From Chromera velia (lineage: Eukaryota): DNA of 57,330 bases. Positions 44,320 through 57,217 of the stretch are shown here, piece after piece. The stretch spans positions 1-57,330 of the forward strand of contig JAHBMJ010000098.1 of assembly GCA_018398765.1 (NCBI GenBank), written 5' to 3'. The notes beneath the pieces were generated by a model. That model made no database searches and was not told the origin of the DNA. It saw nothing but the letters and a program-made list of their open reading frames with translations. The translations under genes were made by a program, and so were the position numbers. The first letter of the stretch is position 1. Each line of letters starts with the position of its first letter.

Positions 44320-46881
44320 GAAAGAACGGATGGAGACAGAAAGGCAGAAAAGAAAGAAACAAAGACTGACGGAAGGAAGGAAAGAAAGGAAGAACATTCC
44401 ATTGAAGAAGAGCCTCTTACACTGAGCCAGAAACAAGGACGCAAAAGAAAAAAAAAGAAATGCACACCCATCGATGCTCAGACAACTAAGACAGAAACCC
44501 TGAGGCACTCAAAGAACACCTGCAACCCCCCGCTAAGGTTTCTGTCTGGTCCCATTCACTCACAAGAGATAGAGAAGAGATACTCAAGATGACTCATCGG
44601 TCCTCTTTTCAACATTTCATTTCTTCTCGGTACCCCCCAAACAACCAACCAAACACACGCGCTTCCACCAACCCTTTAACTTACAAACCCTCCCACCCCC
44701 TTACGGAGACGGTTGTCACTCGTTCGCTGTCAGCGGTTGTCAGAAACCTCAACAGACGAGACGAACGACACTGTGTCTAGAAAGAAAAAGAGACGCAGGA
44801 GAAGAGAAGAGAAGGGAAAAGAGCAAATGCAAGAGAGGAACAAATAAGGAAACCAATTAGAAGAACGGAAACACAATGAATCAGGCAAACAATGCTCTCG
44901 ATTCACCTCTTTTTTAACAAGAACAACAAGGGACGACCCACCCACCCAGCCCCTCAAACAAATGAAGCCTGCCTTTCCATTCTCCGTCTCGCCCGCTCAA
45001 CGGGCGCAAGACAACCAGGCAGGTCCCAACTGCCTTCAACCATTCTGCCCTTCTCTGATGCTTCTTTCTTTTAAGATCGTCCATCCGCAGCAGGGGGGGC
45101 AGAAGCGGCCCCGCTGTCCTGTGGGGCATCTGCCTCTCCTCCTGCTCCCGCGTATGACGGGACCATCGTGGGAGATGACACGGTCCGGATCCTGCACGAA
45201 GGAAGGAAGGACAAAAGAAAGAAGGAAGAAAGAAAGAAAACAGAAGACAATTGGTGAACAACAGAGAAATGGGCCGGAATTCGCAACAAGACGAGAAGAA
45301 AAAAAACACGCTAAATTGCATTGACGCAAGAATCCGGAAGTGATCGCTGATCCCGCCCTTACACCCACTTCCAAGCTGTGCGCGGACAGTGCAAGAATGT
45401 GTTTTCAACCCCTTTCTTGTAATGAAGCAACAGTGCATAAAGCTGGCCACGCGAATACAGTCACAGCTACCACCCCACAATCACAGGAAGGGGAAAAAAT
45501 GGGATTTTTTTCTAACCAAACCCCTGTCCCTCTTTTTATCCTTCCAGCAAGCCCGCTGCCCATGTTATCCTCTTCTTCCCACTGACCATCTGCTCAAACC
45601 TTCCGCATCCCCCTCCCCTCCACCAGAATACACAGGAGGGCTCTCACGGTGACCTTCAGAGACGACACCAGAGACGGGATGCGGACCCCCACCCTCCCCA
45701 GCCTCATGATCCACACCTCCTGGAAAAGGACCAGAGGACACGAAAGGGGTCTCGGGGGAGGTCCCCATACCCGGATTGGACCCCGCGCTTGCTTCCCGTG
45801 TCGGCTGCAGCCTGTCCATCTGTTCCTGGAGCCCCCCCGCCCCCTCTCCGTCCCCGTCTTCCCTCAGAGCCCCCAGACGGGACACAAGAGAGAGACGCCG
45901 CCCCGATGACCCTGCAGAGGGCCCCCTTGAGGCAGACCCAGAAGGAGGAGTGCCCCCCAAAGCGCCTCCACCTACACCCTGACCTGAGGACCCCCCTCCT
46001 CCTCCGCTAGACGAGGAGGAAGGCCCCTTCTTACGTAGAGCGTGAATTGGTCTGAGGGACGTCAGGAAAAAAGAGAGGAGACAACTTTCGAGGAAGAGGG
46101 GGAGAGGAACCACAAGAGCCGCATGAGGAGTGACGGGGAGAGAGCTGAGCGACAGAAAAAGGGATGGCAACATCAGTGACACATTCAAATCGAACCGCGA
46201 CTCGATTGAAATCTCAGTGCTGTAGGACACCGCCGAATGAAGGCGCCGGCTTTTCAGAAATGGATGTTCTATTTGCTTATTCGCTCATTCGATCGTTTGT
46301 TGCTTTCTCGCCTCCTACTTTCCTTCCTCCCACCAAAATAGAAAGAAGATGGCCGGCCGATCGGGCCGAATGAACGGACCCGAGCCTGATCATCGCCTGT
46401 GCCTGCCTTTTTGACTGCCTGTCTGTGTCTCTGTCTCTCTCTTTTTCTCCTTTTGCATGCCCTCGGTTCTTTCTGCGTCTGCATAGGCGCTTTGATGCAT
46501 AGATGAGCATGCCTGCCTGAGATGGAAGGCCTCCAGACCTTTCGCCTGCCTGCCTGCTTGAGGACAGACTGACTGACTGACTTGAAGGTCCCCTCGTCGG
46601 TTCTCTCCAGGATGACCATCTCTGCATTCCGCAGGTGGTCCATCTGATGGAATTCGTCCACCGTCCATCGGAGCATTCGCATCAACAGCAGTCTGCAGTG
46701 GGAGAGGAGGTATGTGGGGTCGTTTTTATTTTATCTTTTTGATATTGCAAGCCCTTTCCTTTCGCAGTTCGAGTTGGCCAGACGCAGAGGCAGAGGGGGG
46801 AGGAGACAAGACTCTAGATCAGAGGGGAGCTAGGGAAAGAAAGCAGACCACAATTCAGTCACCAGGCCAAATTCATTGTCC

Positions 46882-46915
<34 letters not shown>

Positions 46916-49900
46916 GACCTGACCTGATTGTGAGTCCATGAGAGACCACCACCAGGTTGCGGGCGCACTTTTCGTGCTGGAAGTGTCTGCACGCATTTAC
47001 TTTCATGCAGAATTCATACAGAAGAAAAAAGTGCTGGAAGTGTCTGCACATATGACAGAGGAGAGAAATGCAGGGAGAGAGAATCACGAACACGCAAAGC
47101 TTTTGTCGAATGAAGACGAAAAGAAACTAGAGAGTGTTTTGTCGGGCTGGAACGGATGGACGAAGGGGCGAAGTCTGATCATACCGATGCGGTGACTTTT
47201 ATCTCCCTTTCACAATGAAAAGATCCGTATTCACGGGATGGCTGAATGGAATGAAATTGCGTGTGTGATCAGCAAACGAAGATACCCAAACAAAAAGAAT
47301 GCCATACAACCCTAACGTTCACCCAGCACAAGCCGACCTATACAGCTTCTCGACAAACGCGGTCACTCGATCATACACGTCAGCGCCCGACTCGCCCCCA
47401 GGGAATCTGCATGGGCAGGCAGAAATATGTGAAGCAACTGAAGTCATTCTCTCTCTACCCGTCCGTCCATCTCACTCACCTAAAGGCTGGCTGGCTGTCT
47501 GCGCAGGAACGCTCGCGTGTCCTTACAGGTTTCTTTGACGGAGACTTCGAGGCAGACTTGAATGAAGGAGGGCTTTAGTGCAGGCCTATTTGTATCGGTA
47601 CATGCGTCCGGACTTGCCATATATACAAACAAACGGTTCTGCACTCGCAAAGAATGCAGAAAACAAGACTGCGGAAGGGTCCAGTGAAGTCCTTCTCTCC
47701 TCCGAGTCACTGAAGGACAGGAACAGGAAAAGAGCGGGGGAACGGACATAACCTATTTTCAGCTCTTGCGCACACCATAGCTGTTCCCAGCCACTCCATG
47801 CCCTTCCACACCGCTTTCGTGACCTACCTGTAGTAGAAGTGACCGCACAGTTGGCGCAGTTGTGACTCTTCTCGGAGTTGTCGGAGTGGTTTTCCTGCAG
47901 TCCACTCGTGTGTCAAAAATGGCAAACTTGCATGAGACACACGACAATTTTCAGAAGAAGCGATGTCGAAGAGGCCTCTCTGTACTTCTCACTTGGCCAA
48001 GGAGTCGTGAGGAAAAGAGAATGAATATCAACACATCTGCGCATGGACGGAGAGGAATCTGCAGAAAAATCAGAGGCAACCATTCAAACTTGTAGCCATC
48101 CTGCTTAGACTTCCACGTGACGAAACAACTGCAGCAAATCAACCCAGCAAAGCTCTCCTCCCCAACTGACTGACCGAATCCAAACTCTTGTTCCCTCAGC
48201 CGAGGTTCCTCCACGACAGTCACATTCCGAAGTCTTCTGATGAACGAGAAGCTTGCCCTGCTGCTGCTGCTGCTGCCCCCCCTCTCCCCTGCAGACCGTC
48301 CCCCCTTATGGGAGAGGACAGAGGACCCGATACCTGTCCAGGACCCGGAGGATCCAGAGGCCTCCTCTCGATGGAGTTGAGAGGAGGACCCTCCAACCAC
48401 CCCCTCTCCTTGTCTCTGTCTCTGGAGATGCCTTGAGAACAGAAAGAGAAACCCCTCTGCGTCCACATTCTCCCCAGAGGCTTCCTCGAACGCTGCCAGG
48501 ACGGCTGAGATCGTCTGTTTGGCCCTCAGGTAGGGCGAACAGTAGATCTTCACGTCTCCGTCTCCGACGATCTTCTTGATCACCCGGCCGGCACGACGAG
48601 CTTGCTCAATTCCTGCATGTGTGTCGACGCATACAGACAAACGCAGAGCGGAGGAAAACGGGAAGGCAGTTAGAGCCTGGGCAGGAAAGGAGAAGTTACT
48701 GTTCTTGTCGACGGACAGGGAATGTGAAGGCACTTTTTTGTTTTTGCGGGCGGGCCCCTCACCAGTTCTTCCTCCAGCTTCAGTGCAGTTTTACGAGGCT
48801 TTGTTTTAAACAAACTTCTGGCGGCCAGATTTCGGCATAAGTATCATGAATGTGAAACCACCAGGAAGAGGGGAAGGGATGAACAGAAAGAAAGAAAACA
48901 AGGGCCTGAGGGGACCCCTTCCAGTCTGTTTGTTATGCCGCACGCCCCCTTACCATGAGCAGTGAGGGAGATCATGTGGTCAGGAACAGTCGAGTAGATC
49001 TCCGCAGACACGTTCCCCTCGCTGCATCCATTCATGCATACACACATACATCCATACATACATGCAGCTCTCCATCTATCGAGGGATAGAATTTCACGAA
49101 GAGGGAAACGGTAGACAAGACCGAGAGATTTTCTCATTCCCGAACTTTAAATCGTTCAGCCGGCCGTTCTACCATACAGGCGTTCGTGGAGAGAGCAATG
49201 AGGGAACTGGACGGCTGTGGGGAGAGCCACAGAGAGAGAAGAGAAGAGAAGAGAAGAGAAGAGAGCGATTCGACCCAGAGAAGAAAAGATCCAAAACGAA
49301 AAGAAACGAGAGAAGAGGCGGATGCCGAGCAAGTCCTCAGTCGGTCTGTATGATGGTTCTGTGCTGACACGAAAGAAGAGACAAACCGAGAGGAAGAGTT
49401 TACGGTCAGATACTCACAGAAGAAAGGCAGCCGCCCGGCTGTCTGTCCAACCAACCGACTGACCTCTGTCCGTGTCTGAGGAGAATAATTCTTTTGGGCA
49501 TGTTGAGGACCCGAAAGGTCAAAGAAGCGCGTTGAATGATTCTGCCGAGCAGAAATTCTAGGGAACGCAGTAACCTGCACGCATGTCCATACAAAGAAAG
49601 CGACGAGGCGGTCAGGGACAACTGTTGGTCAATATCTTTCTCGAGGAATGTGGGCAGTATGCTGAAAACGACGAGACAGCAGGAGAAATGCGGCGACTAA
49701 GTCAAGAGACGAGACGAAGGCACAGAGGAGGCCCTGAAAGAAGTTGCAGGCAGACAGACTGAATAGGTACGTAACCTGAGCTTTCGCAAGGGAACCGCTG
49801 AGGAAGATGAAAAAAGAGTAAGAAAAGGATATGCAAAAGAGGGACTGGAGAAGAAGAGAAGCAACAAGAGCCTGGGGCGGTCAGCATACAACAGAACAAT

Positions 49901-50184
49901 CGACAAAAGTGGAGACCACGAAAGATACTCACAGCACACAGCGGACCAGACTGAAGAAGAGCTGGAAATGAGTCTTCGGCGTACCATCCTCTAAGGAAGG
50001 GCCAAAAGGCGCACAGCGTCAGCAGGGCTATGGCGCCTGGAGTCTTGCTCCATGCAAACAGTCTCTTCAGGGTCGCGACCACGTTCTGAGCCTTCTCCCT
50101 GTAATGCTGCGACAACACCTTTGCACCATCCGTCTGTCGAGAGCTGAGCGCTGTGACTGTTCCCCCTCCACTTGCATCGTTCAT
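43310..50184 (-). CDS. Histidine phosphatase / phosphoglycerate mutase family protein (Det1/At3g05170-like) with an N-terminal hydrophobic extension; multi-exon
   Basis: Spliced motifs MPKRIILLRHGQ|SEGNV...VPDHMISLT.HG|IEQARRAG...YCSPYLRAKQT...EEPRLREQEFG..|..GHFYY|RFPGGESGADVYDRVTAFVEKLY|RHF...NLVVVSHGLTI|RLLLMRMLRWTVDEF. Catalytic RHG at ~49470; core exons lie between 49575 and 46582. The 3' end is uncertain: stop at 45071, or further exons down to ~43.3 kb. Confidence 0.85.
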
Positions 50185-50499
50185 GGTCTTGGCACGAATC
50201 AGCGGTGAGATCTACGAAGTAAAAGATGCGGGACTTTGCTGTGGAAGGGGTTAGGGAAGAGGAATAGACGTCCAGACGGGAGAGCAGCGAGACGTGAGAC
50301 CTACTGTCAGCTTCACGTCTCCTGCCTGCCCATCTGCTTGCTCGTCTGTCTTTACTCAAGCACGATGCAAGGCGGAATCACTTTCCTGCATCAAAGCACA
50401 CACATGTCATCAATGGACTGATCCCCGGATTTCCGAATGGGTTCAGTATGGTTAAGTCATGGAAGGAAGCCATGATAAGCCGGGCCTCAGAATCTCAGA

Positions 50500-50620
50500 C
50501 TCACTGAGAGCATCTTTGGACATCGATCGCGGGCCATCGCCATGCATGCCACGCCCGGCCGGCACGCCGTGAATGCATGGGGAGGGGGCAGGCGCCCGCA
50601 TGAGTCACGGCGGACTAGCT
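50500..50620 (-). promoter_or_regulatory. Putative promoter of the phosphatase gene
   Basis: GC-rich block with CATGCATG, TGCATG and GCATG motifs, 330-430 bp upstream of the ATG, resembling the other two promoter blocks. Confidence 0.4.
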
Positions 50621-50676
50621 GTATGGCTGGTATGAATCAGTAGCATCATACCTTTTTTTTTTCTTTACTCTATATA

Positions 50677-51537
50677 TGCCCTGGCCCTTGAATTGTGACC
50701 AAATGGGCGTATACCACCCTAACGTACCTATAGACAAACACCTGCCGACACCCACTAACTCGCACACAGACAAACACCATGTCACCCTTTGCTGTTATAT
50801 TTTGTGCCATTGTCGCACGTCTGTCGTCGACGCGTACGTGCACGATGAGACCGCTTACACCACTTTCAGATAGGGCCGCACCTGGAGCTGGCCATTTTTT
50901 TTTACAAAAAAAAAAAAGAATTGAAAAATGAAAAAAAAAACCATACAGATTCATCCATACAGATCAGTCGATGCAAAAGGTGGTTGAATGGTCACAATTC
51001 AAGGGCCAGGGCTTCGTAGAGTCAAACTATAAAAACGCATTTTTCTTGAAATGACTTCTTTTTCTTTCTGACTGGCAGAACACGCGAACGGAAGGAAAAG
51101 GCCACCCAACCAACCTACCAAGTAACTAACCCACTTGTGTTCTCTCCCTGCCTGCCTTCTTCCCTTCTCTCTCTCTTTTGCTCTTCTACCACAAGCTTTC
51201 TACCATCGAGTACACTGTCTGACTGAATGTGCCCCTACCCTTCACTTTCTACCAACCGATTGCCAAACCCCTCCGTACAGTGTACACTCGTCTGTTTTGT
51301 TTATCTTTCATCACTCTTTTCTACCATGTCCTGCCTACCGCACCTCTCTGCTCTTTTATTCACTGATAGTCATTCGTCTATTCAGTCATACTTCTCTTGC
51401 CATACATACTCTCTACTCCCGTGAAAGGCCTGTCTCACTCTTTTTTACCTACTTACCTCGATCCTTTCTCCTTCTTTTTCTCTCACTGAAACGTATGCGC
51501 CGTCTCTTTACACTCTTTCTCCCTCTCCCACCTTCTT

Positions 51538-51593
<56 letters not shown>

Positions 51594-52298
51594 CCTACTA
51601 GCTCTGTACATCCAACCTCTGAACTAGCCTACGTGCACCCTCACACTTAGTGACCTACCTACCCACCCACCCAACCACTCATCCATCCACTCATCCATCC
51701 ATCCATCCATCCATCCATCCATCCATTCATCCATCCATCCACACATACACACATACACACACACACACACACACACATACACACAAGGAAGGGGGAGAGG
51801 GGGGGCAAAAAAGGGTCCAAATCGAAGAAGACCAACTTTCCGAGAAACGCCGCCCAGAGAGAGAGTCAGTCGCTCCAAGTAACCTGCAGAGACGATAGAG
51901 ACGGCAAAGACGTTTATTCAAGAGAAAAAAGAAATCAAAGTCACACAGCTCACGATGCCCTAGCCCTTGAATTGTGACCAAATGGGCGTATACCACCCTA
52001 ACGTACCTATAGACAAACACCTGCCGACACCCACTGACTCGCACACAGACAAACACCATGTCACCCTTTGCTCTTATATTTTGTGCCATTGTTGCACGTC
52101 TGTCGTCAACGCGCACGCGCGCGATGAGAGCGCTTACACCGCTTTCAGATAGAGCCACACCTGGAGCTGGCCATTTTTTTTTATAAAAAAAAAAAAGAAT
52201 TGAAAAATGAAAAAGAAAACTATACAGATTCATCCATACAGATCACTGACAGTCGATGCAAAGGGTGGTTGAATGGTCACAATTCAAGGGTCAGGGCT
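50677..52298. mobile_element. Composite element: two ~340-bp direct repeats, each with its own ~24-bp TIRs, around a ~940-bp non-coding spacer; flanked by TATATA
   Basis: Repeats at 50677-51013 and 51956-52298. Each begins TGCCCT(G/A)GCCCTTGAATTGTGACCA and ends TGGTCACAATTCAAGGG(C/T)CAGGGCT. TATATA at 50671-50676 and 52299-52304. Confidence 0.8.
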
Positions 52299-53174
52299 TA
52301 TATATAATGTTCCTATGGGACATGCCGTAGCCCCCAGGGGTGAGATAGGGTGAGAGCATTGAGAGGTGCGTCCATGATTGTGGTACATGCATGCAACAGG
52401 TTCCCCTTCCCATATTAATATATGGTGCATGACAAAACCCTCAATCACGGTTGTTGGGTATGCAAAGACGTAGCCGCGGTATCTGTAAATGCCGTAGAGG
52501 GCCAGAGACGGCTGGACGGGCTTCAAAACGGTTAAGAAGAAGAAATAAGAAGAGCTCTGCTACTAGATACATTTGCTAATAGGAAAATTAATGACGTATA
52601 AGGACTTCGGTAACACATGGTGTTAACGTGAATAAACGTGAAAGAGAAAATAAAATTGTAACCGCAGCAATACATTACTAATAAATCTTTAACAACTCAT
52701 TTTTGCTTATAAAAAAAAATTATAGTGCTCCCCACTTAAATCTACTTACATTTTTATTTTTTATTTATGGAGTTAATATATAAGTCTTTTATATACAGAC
52801 ACACATGCTATAATGTTTTTTTCATTTACTTTCATTTATATTTTGGCCATTCTAGTAGTAGCATAGTAGCATATGTAGTAGCCAAACATTATATACGCCT
52901 TCTGTTATCAACTTGCTCTTTTAAATCATCTACCTGTGACTAAGACTGTGAGCTAGTCTATAAAATGTTTGAACACAACGTTATACAAGTCCCAAACTAC
53001 ATGCTTGCTATGCTTGCTGTATTAGTTGCTGTAGTTGGTTGTGCTCACTTACTCACTCACCAACACACTTAGTCACTGACTCACTGAGTTATTCTTGCTT
53101 TCCTCACTAATTCACTCACTTACTGTCTCACTTGCTCACTCACTTACTCCCTCATTTTCCCTGTCTCTCTTTGA

Positions 53175-54775
53175 TTACTCACCCACATGCCCAAAGTTAA
53201 CGGCTTTCATTAACACTCTCACATCCACACGCCCAAACGGCTTTTGTTCACATACTCGCTCTCTCTGTTTCTCTTCGTTTATTTCTATTTCAGGCCCTAG
53301 CGGCTTAAAGTTTTGTTTATACACTGAGTCTCATTCTCTCTTAGTAAAAGGCTATCTCTATTCATTCAGGTACCCACATGCCCATACAAATATCTTCTGC
53401 TGACATGCTTGTATGAGTCCTTATCCCTCTTCATTCACCCACATGCCCAACCGGCTCCTGTTCACCTAGCTTGTTCACACCGGTTCACACACTTGCTTTC
53501 CCTGTCTGTGATGATTTAGGTTTTTGTTATGCATACCGCATCCCCATATATGAGGGGCGGATCTGGCCTAGTCTGTTAAAAAGTTCTAGTTCGTCCCGTC
53601 TGTTCTGAATCTAGGAACACTGCTCATTGATCACTTTTACTGCGGTTTATTTCTCAAGCGGCCTTGTCTGTGTTTATGCACCTACACCATTGTGATGCCC
53701 CAAACGGCTTCTGTTTACACACTTGCTTTCCATGTCTCTCTTTATTATTCTTCATTGATTCACTACATGAGGCCTAAGCGGCTTCTGTTCACACATTCAC
53801 TCTCCTTATATCTCCTTGTCTCTCTTCATTCACCCACACGTCCAAACAGCTTCTGTTCACACACTTACTCTCCCTGTCTCTCTTAATTTATCAGCAGGCC
53901 CAAGTGGCTTCTGTTCACGCACTTGATATCTGTTCATTCATCCACAGGCCTAGCAAAGCCTAACCATAGGCCCGAGCGGCTTTTATTCAATGACACACAA
54001 TTAATCCCTCTTCATTCATCCACCGGCCCAAACGGCTCCTGTTCCTAGCTTCTGTTCACATACTTGTTCTCCTTGTCTCTCTTTCTTCGCCCGCATGCCC
54101 AACCGGCTTCTATTCATACACTCCCTTCATTCACCCACACGCCCAAGCAGCTTCTGTTCACACACTCGCTCTCTTTGTATCTCCTTGTCTCCCTTCATTC
54201 ACCCACACGCCCAAGCGGCTTCTGTTCATATACTCGCTCTCCTTGTATCTCCTTGTCTTCTTTCATTCACCCACATGCCCAAACGGCTTCTGTTCACATA
54301 CTCGTTCTCCCTGTCTCTCTTCACTTATCCATAGGCCCAAGCGGCTTCTGTATGTTTCTGTTCACACACTTGATCTCTCTTTATTCATCCACAGGCCTAA
54401 CCAGCGGCCCAAGCAGTTTTTCTTCAATGATACACAATTGATCTCTCTTCATTCATCTATGGGCCTAAGCGGCTTCTATTATGTGACTCGTTCTCCTTAT
54501 CTCACCCGCACGCTCAAACGGCTTCTGTTCACAAACTCATACATACTCATAAACACGCTTATTTTCTCCATCTCTCTTCATTCATCCAGCTGCAGGCTCA
54601 AGCGGATTCTGTTACTGCACACACTTCCTTTCCATGCTCCTCTTTCTCCATGCACCCGCACGCCTAAACATTCACCCACACGCCCAAACGGCTTCTGTTC
54701 ACACACTTGCTTACCTAGTTTTATCCACAGGCCCAAACAGCTTCTATTCACATCTCTCCCTCTTGTACCCACCAA
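53175..54775. repeat. Degenerate tandem satellite, unit ~55-65 bp (CACCCACACGCCCAAACGGCTTCTGTTCACACACTYGCTCTCCCTGTCTCTCTTCATT)
   Basis: Roughly 20 or more diverged copies of the CCCAARCGGCTTCTGTTCACA core, with a higher-order block repeat (53.7-54.05 kb versus 54.1-54.5 kb). Confidence 0.85.
53514..53690 (-). mobile_element. 177-bp insertion in the satellite (probable retroposon 3' end) with 7-bp TSD
   Basis: TGTGATG at 53507-53513 and 53691-53697. The minus strand ends in a hairpin then ...aacctaaatcatca. Confidence 0.55.
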
Positions 54776-55760
54776 GCGCTAGACCCATATGCGATAAGCC
54801 TCTCTGCAACATTTCAAAGTGAATACTACAGCGACACACACTATAGACAGTATTTTGCGTCCCAAATCCGTAAGTGGAAGTAGAAGGAAGTCGAGAAACC
54901 AGGTGCTGATCGAAGAATGGCAAGAGGGGCCAAGTGGAGAGAAAGAAGACGGGTAAAAAGAGGTTCCTGCAGATCAAATTCACCGTTTTTCCTCTTTGTC
55001 AAGCGTACTCAGTCGTGGTACGGCTTACTCCTGACTCTGTAAAGCGGCATGTCTTAACTTACCAGTGAGCTTAGTAGTATAGTCAAACAACGGAGCAGTT
55101 TAAAATAGCTTCACTTAGATGGTGTGCTTTATCGCCTTCCTTAAAAACTACACAGATGATCGAATCTACTACAATTCGCCTCCATATGTGTTTTTGCATA
55201 TGTATATATGTACCGATACATCAAGGTTAGACAAAAGGTGCATGTTCGCTATGCATGCACTGTAGAGTTACCAGAAAGCGCGGGTCCCGAAAGGTAAATG
55301 TAACCCGATTTATTGGTAATTCGACTTTTTTTTTTCCATAGGTGCGGCTAAGGGCCTTAACAGATACCATGGCCGGGGGCCACGGCACCCATGCAGGAGC
55401 AATAAGCAGCAGCATACAGCAGTAATCATGAAAAAAAAAGAGATAGAGTGAACTATTGTTTAATAGTTAATTTTTAATTATTTTTAATAAAAAGTTCATT
55501 AATTATCGTTAACATACTCATCGAATAAAAACCAGATCTAACAACTCTTAATCAATTAATATCACTTAATAATAACTCTAATTTTTTTTTAGCAAATATC
55601 ACGAACTAAGAGTATTAAAAAAATTTGAATTACACAGCTATACATTGGGAAACATTTAATTCTAGATTTAATTAGAAACACTACACAAAACTGATCGTTT
55701 GCGTTTGATACTCAAACCGATTTTGAAACAATCCTCAAACAAAATCTGCAGAAAATTTCT

Positions 55761-56882
55761 TTATGGATGCATTTCTGCATTTCGGGGAGACGTTGCGGTG
55801 CTCTCTGATCGGAGTCGCGCTGCCGAGAGGGTCTGTCCGAGTGCGGAGCGCTCGAAGTGTGCAGCGAGCTCCTGGAACTCTGCGGGAGACGGGCACCCGT
55901 TATGGCCGCAACGTAGGTGGACAAGAAATCCTGTCAACTGGGACGGAAGCGATGCCCCAATGCCTGCAAGAGCATCCTCAGGAGAGGGGCATGGGGGAGC
56001 GGGGTCCGTCTCATCTGTGTCTTCAGGCCTTTTCATGAGTCTGCGTTTGGGCGGCGGGACAGTTTTTTTCGGTTGACTCTCCTGATTGTTTTTTCCGATT
56101 TCGTTGGAGGAGGTGGAGACTTGACAGTAGCACCCCTCCCACAGAGGCACTGGGGGGTCACCGCTTAGAGGGGCATTTTCGTGTTCATGACGGTGTTGGG
56201 AGCTTCTCGGGGAATCTGCAGGAGCTGAGCCAGAGCCAGCAGGGGTCAGAAGAGGACGGGAGGGAGAAGGAGACAGATTCGTGAGTCTCTTCCCCCCTCC
56301 GTCTCCCCTTCCAGACTCTACATGACCCCGTTCCCCGCCTTCTGCTGATATTTTCTGCTGCTGCTGTTGCATCTGTTGTTTCGAAATAAACCCCGCAGCT
56401 TTGAGATCTATGGACCTGAACCGACAGGCAAGGAAGGAGAAGAAAGATTCAATCACCGACACACACCGCATCGACTCGAGAACTGCAGGATTCGAGGAGT
56501 CGACAGAGACGGCCAGAGAAGCCGACTGTCCCCTCAATCCTTCCTCTTCATCCCCAGAAACCCCCGTCTGTCCCCCCTGTCCGCCGCTTTTCCCCCCTTT
56601 CAGCAGGAGAGTCGCTCTATCACCGGCGTCTCTGTCCGTCAGCTGACACGCTGCTGCACGACTTTTCGTTCGGTGCCGGCGCACAGCGCGCCATGCACGC
56701 CAAACCTGGCACCTTGCAAGCCTTCGTGTGCGTGCAGCCACAGCCTCGGGCCCCTCTTTCTTGACGGTCACGGGAGTCGAGGCCAACGCACAGAAGTCCG
56801 GCGAGGCCTTCGAAGACGAGGGGGCAGAGCTCTGCTGAGTGATGCGGGCAGCAGTCTCGTCGATCGGATACGCCCCCCAGAC
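55761..56882 (-). CDS. Terminal exon of an unknown protein; the gene continues beyond the window's right edge
   Basis: Acceptor ctctccag|GTCTGG at 56882, then a ~373-codon open frame (VWGAYPIDE...FLVHLRCGHNGCPSPAEFQELAAHFERSALGQ...HP*), followed by AT-rich 3' sequence. May contain a small unrecognised intron. No family recognised. Confidence 0.65.
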   Translation of the reverse strand, partial: VWGAYPIDETAARITQQSSAPSSSKASPDFCALASTPVTVKKEGPEAVAARTRRLARCQVWRAWRAVRRHRTKSRAAACQLTDRDAGDRATLLLKGGKSGGQGGQTGVSGDEEEGLRGQSASLAVSVDSSNPAVLESMRCVSVIESFFSFLACRFRSIDLKAAGFISKQQMQQQQQKISAEGGERGHVESGRGDGGGKRLTNLSPSPSRPLLTPAGSGSAPADSPRSSQHRHEHENAPLSGDPPVPLWEGCYCQVSTSSNEIGKNNQESQPKKTVPPPKRRLMKRPEDTDETDPAPPCPSPEDALAGIGASLPSQLTGFLVHLRCGHNGCPSPAEFQELAAHFERSALGQTLSAARLRSESTATSPRNAEMHP

Positions 56883-57176
56883 CTGGAGAGAGCACAGCCA
56901 GGCGTGGAGGTGGGGCACTCTGCACAAACAAAGGAACGAAAAAACATGACGCAAAAAGCGCATGCACCAGCTGATCCCATCATGACGACCTAAGCAAGAT
57001 ACTGCCGCTGGCATATTTTCGTTGCATGAACTAAACAAGCTGTCTTTTGTAATTCCGTCCTATTCTTTCGAGAAATTACGTTTTCTTTGTATCGTTACGA
57101 ATGGTTTGAGACGTTGGTGTGCGCGTTGTGTGTGCAGCGTAAGCTGCTGACAGTGTCCAACAGACAAAAAAAGGAC

Positions 57177-57179
<3 letters not shown>

Positions 57180-57217
<38 letters not shown>

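Noticed and set aside
53175..54775. CRISPR array
   Set aside because: The 'spacers' resemble each other, the repeats are degenerate and variable in length, there are no cas genes, and the context is eukaryotic.
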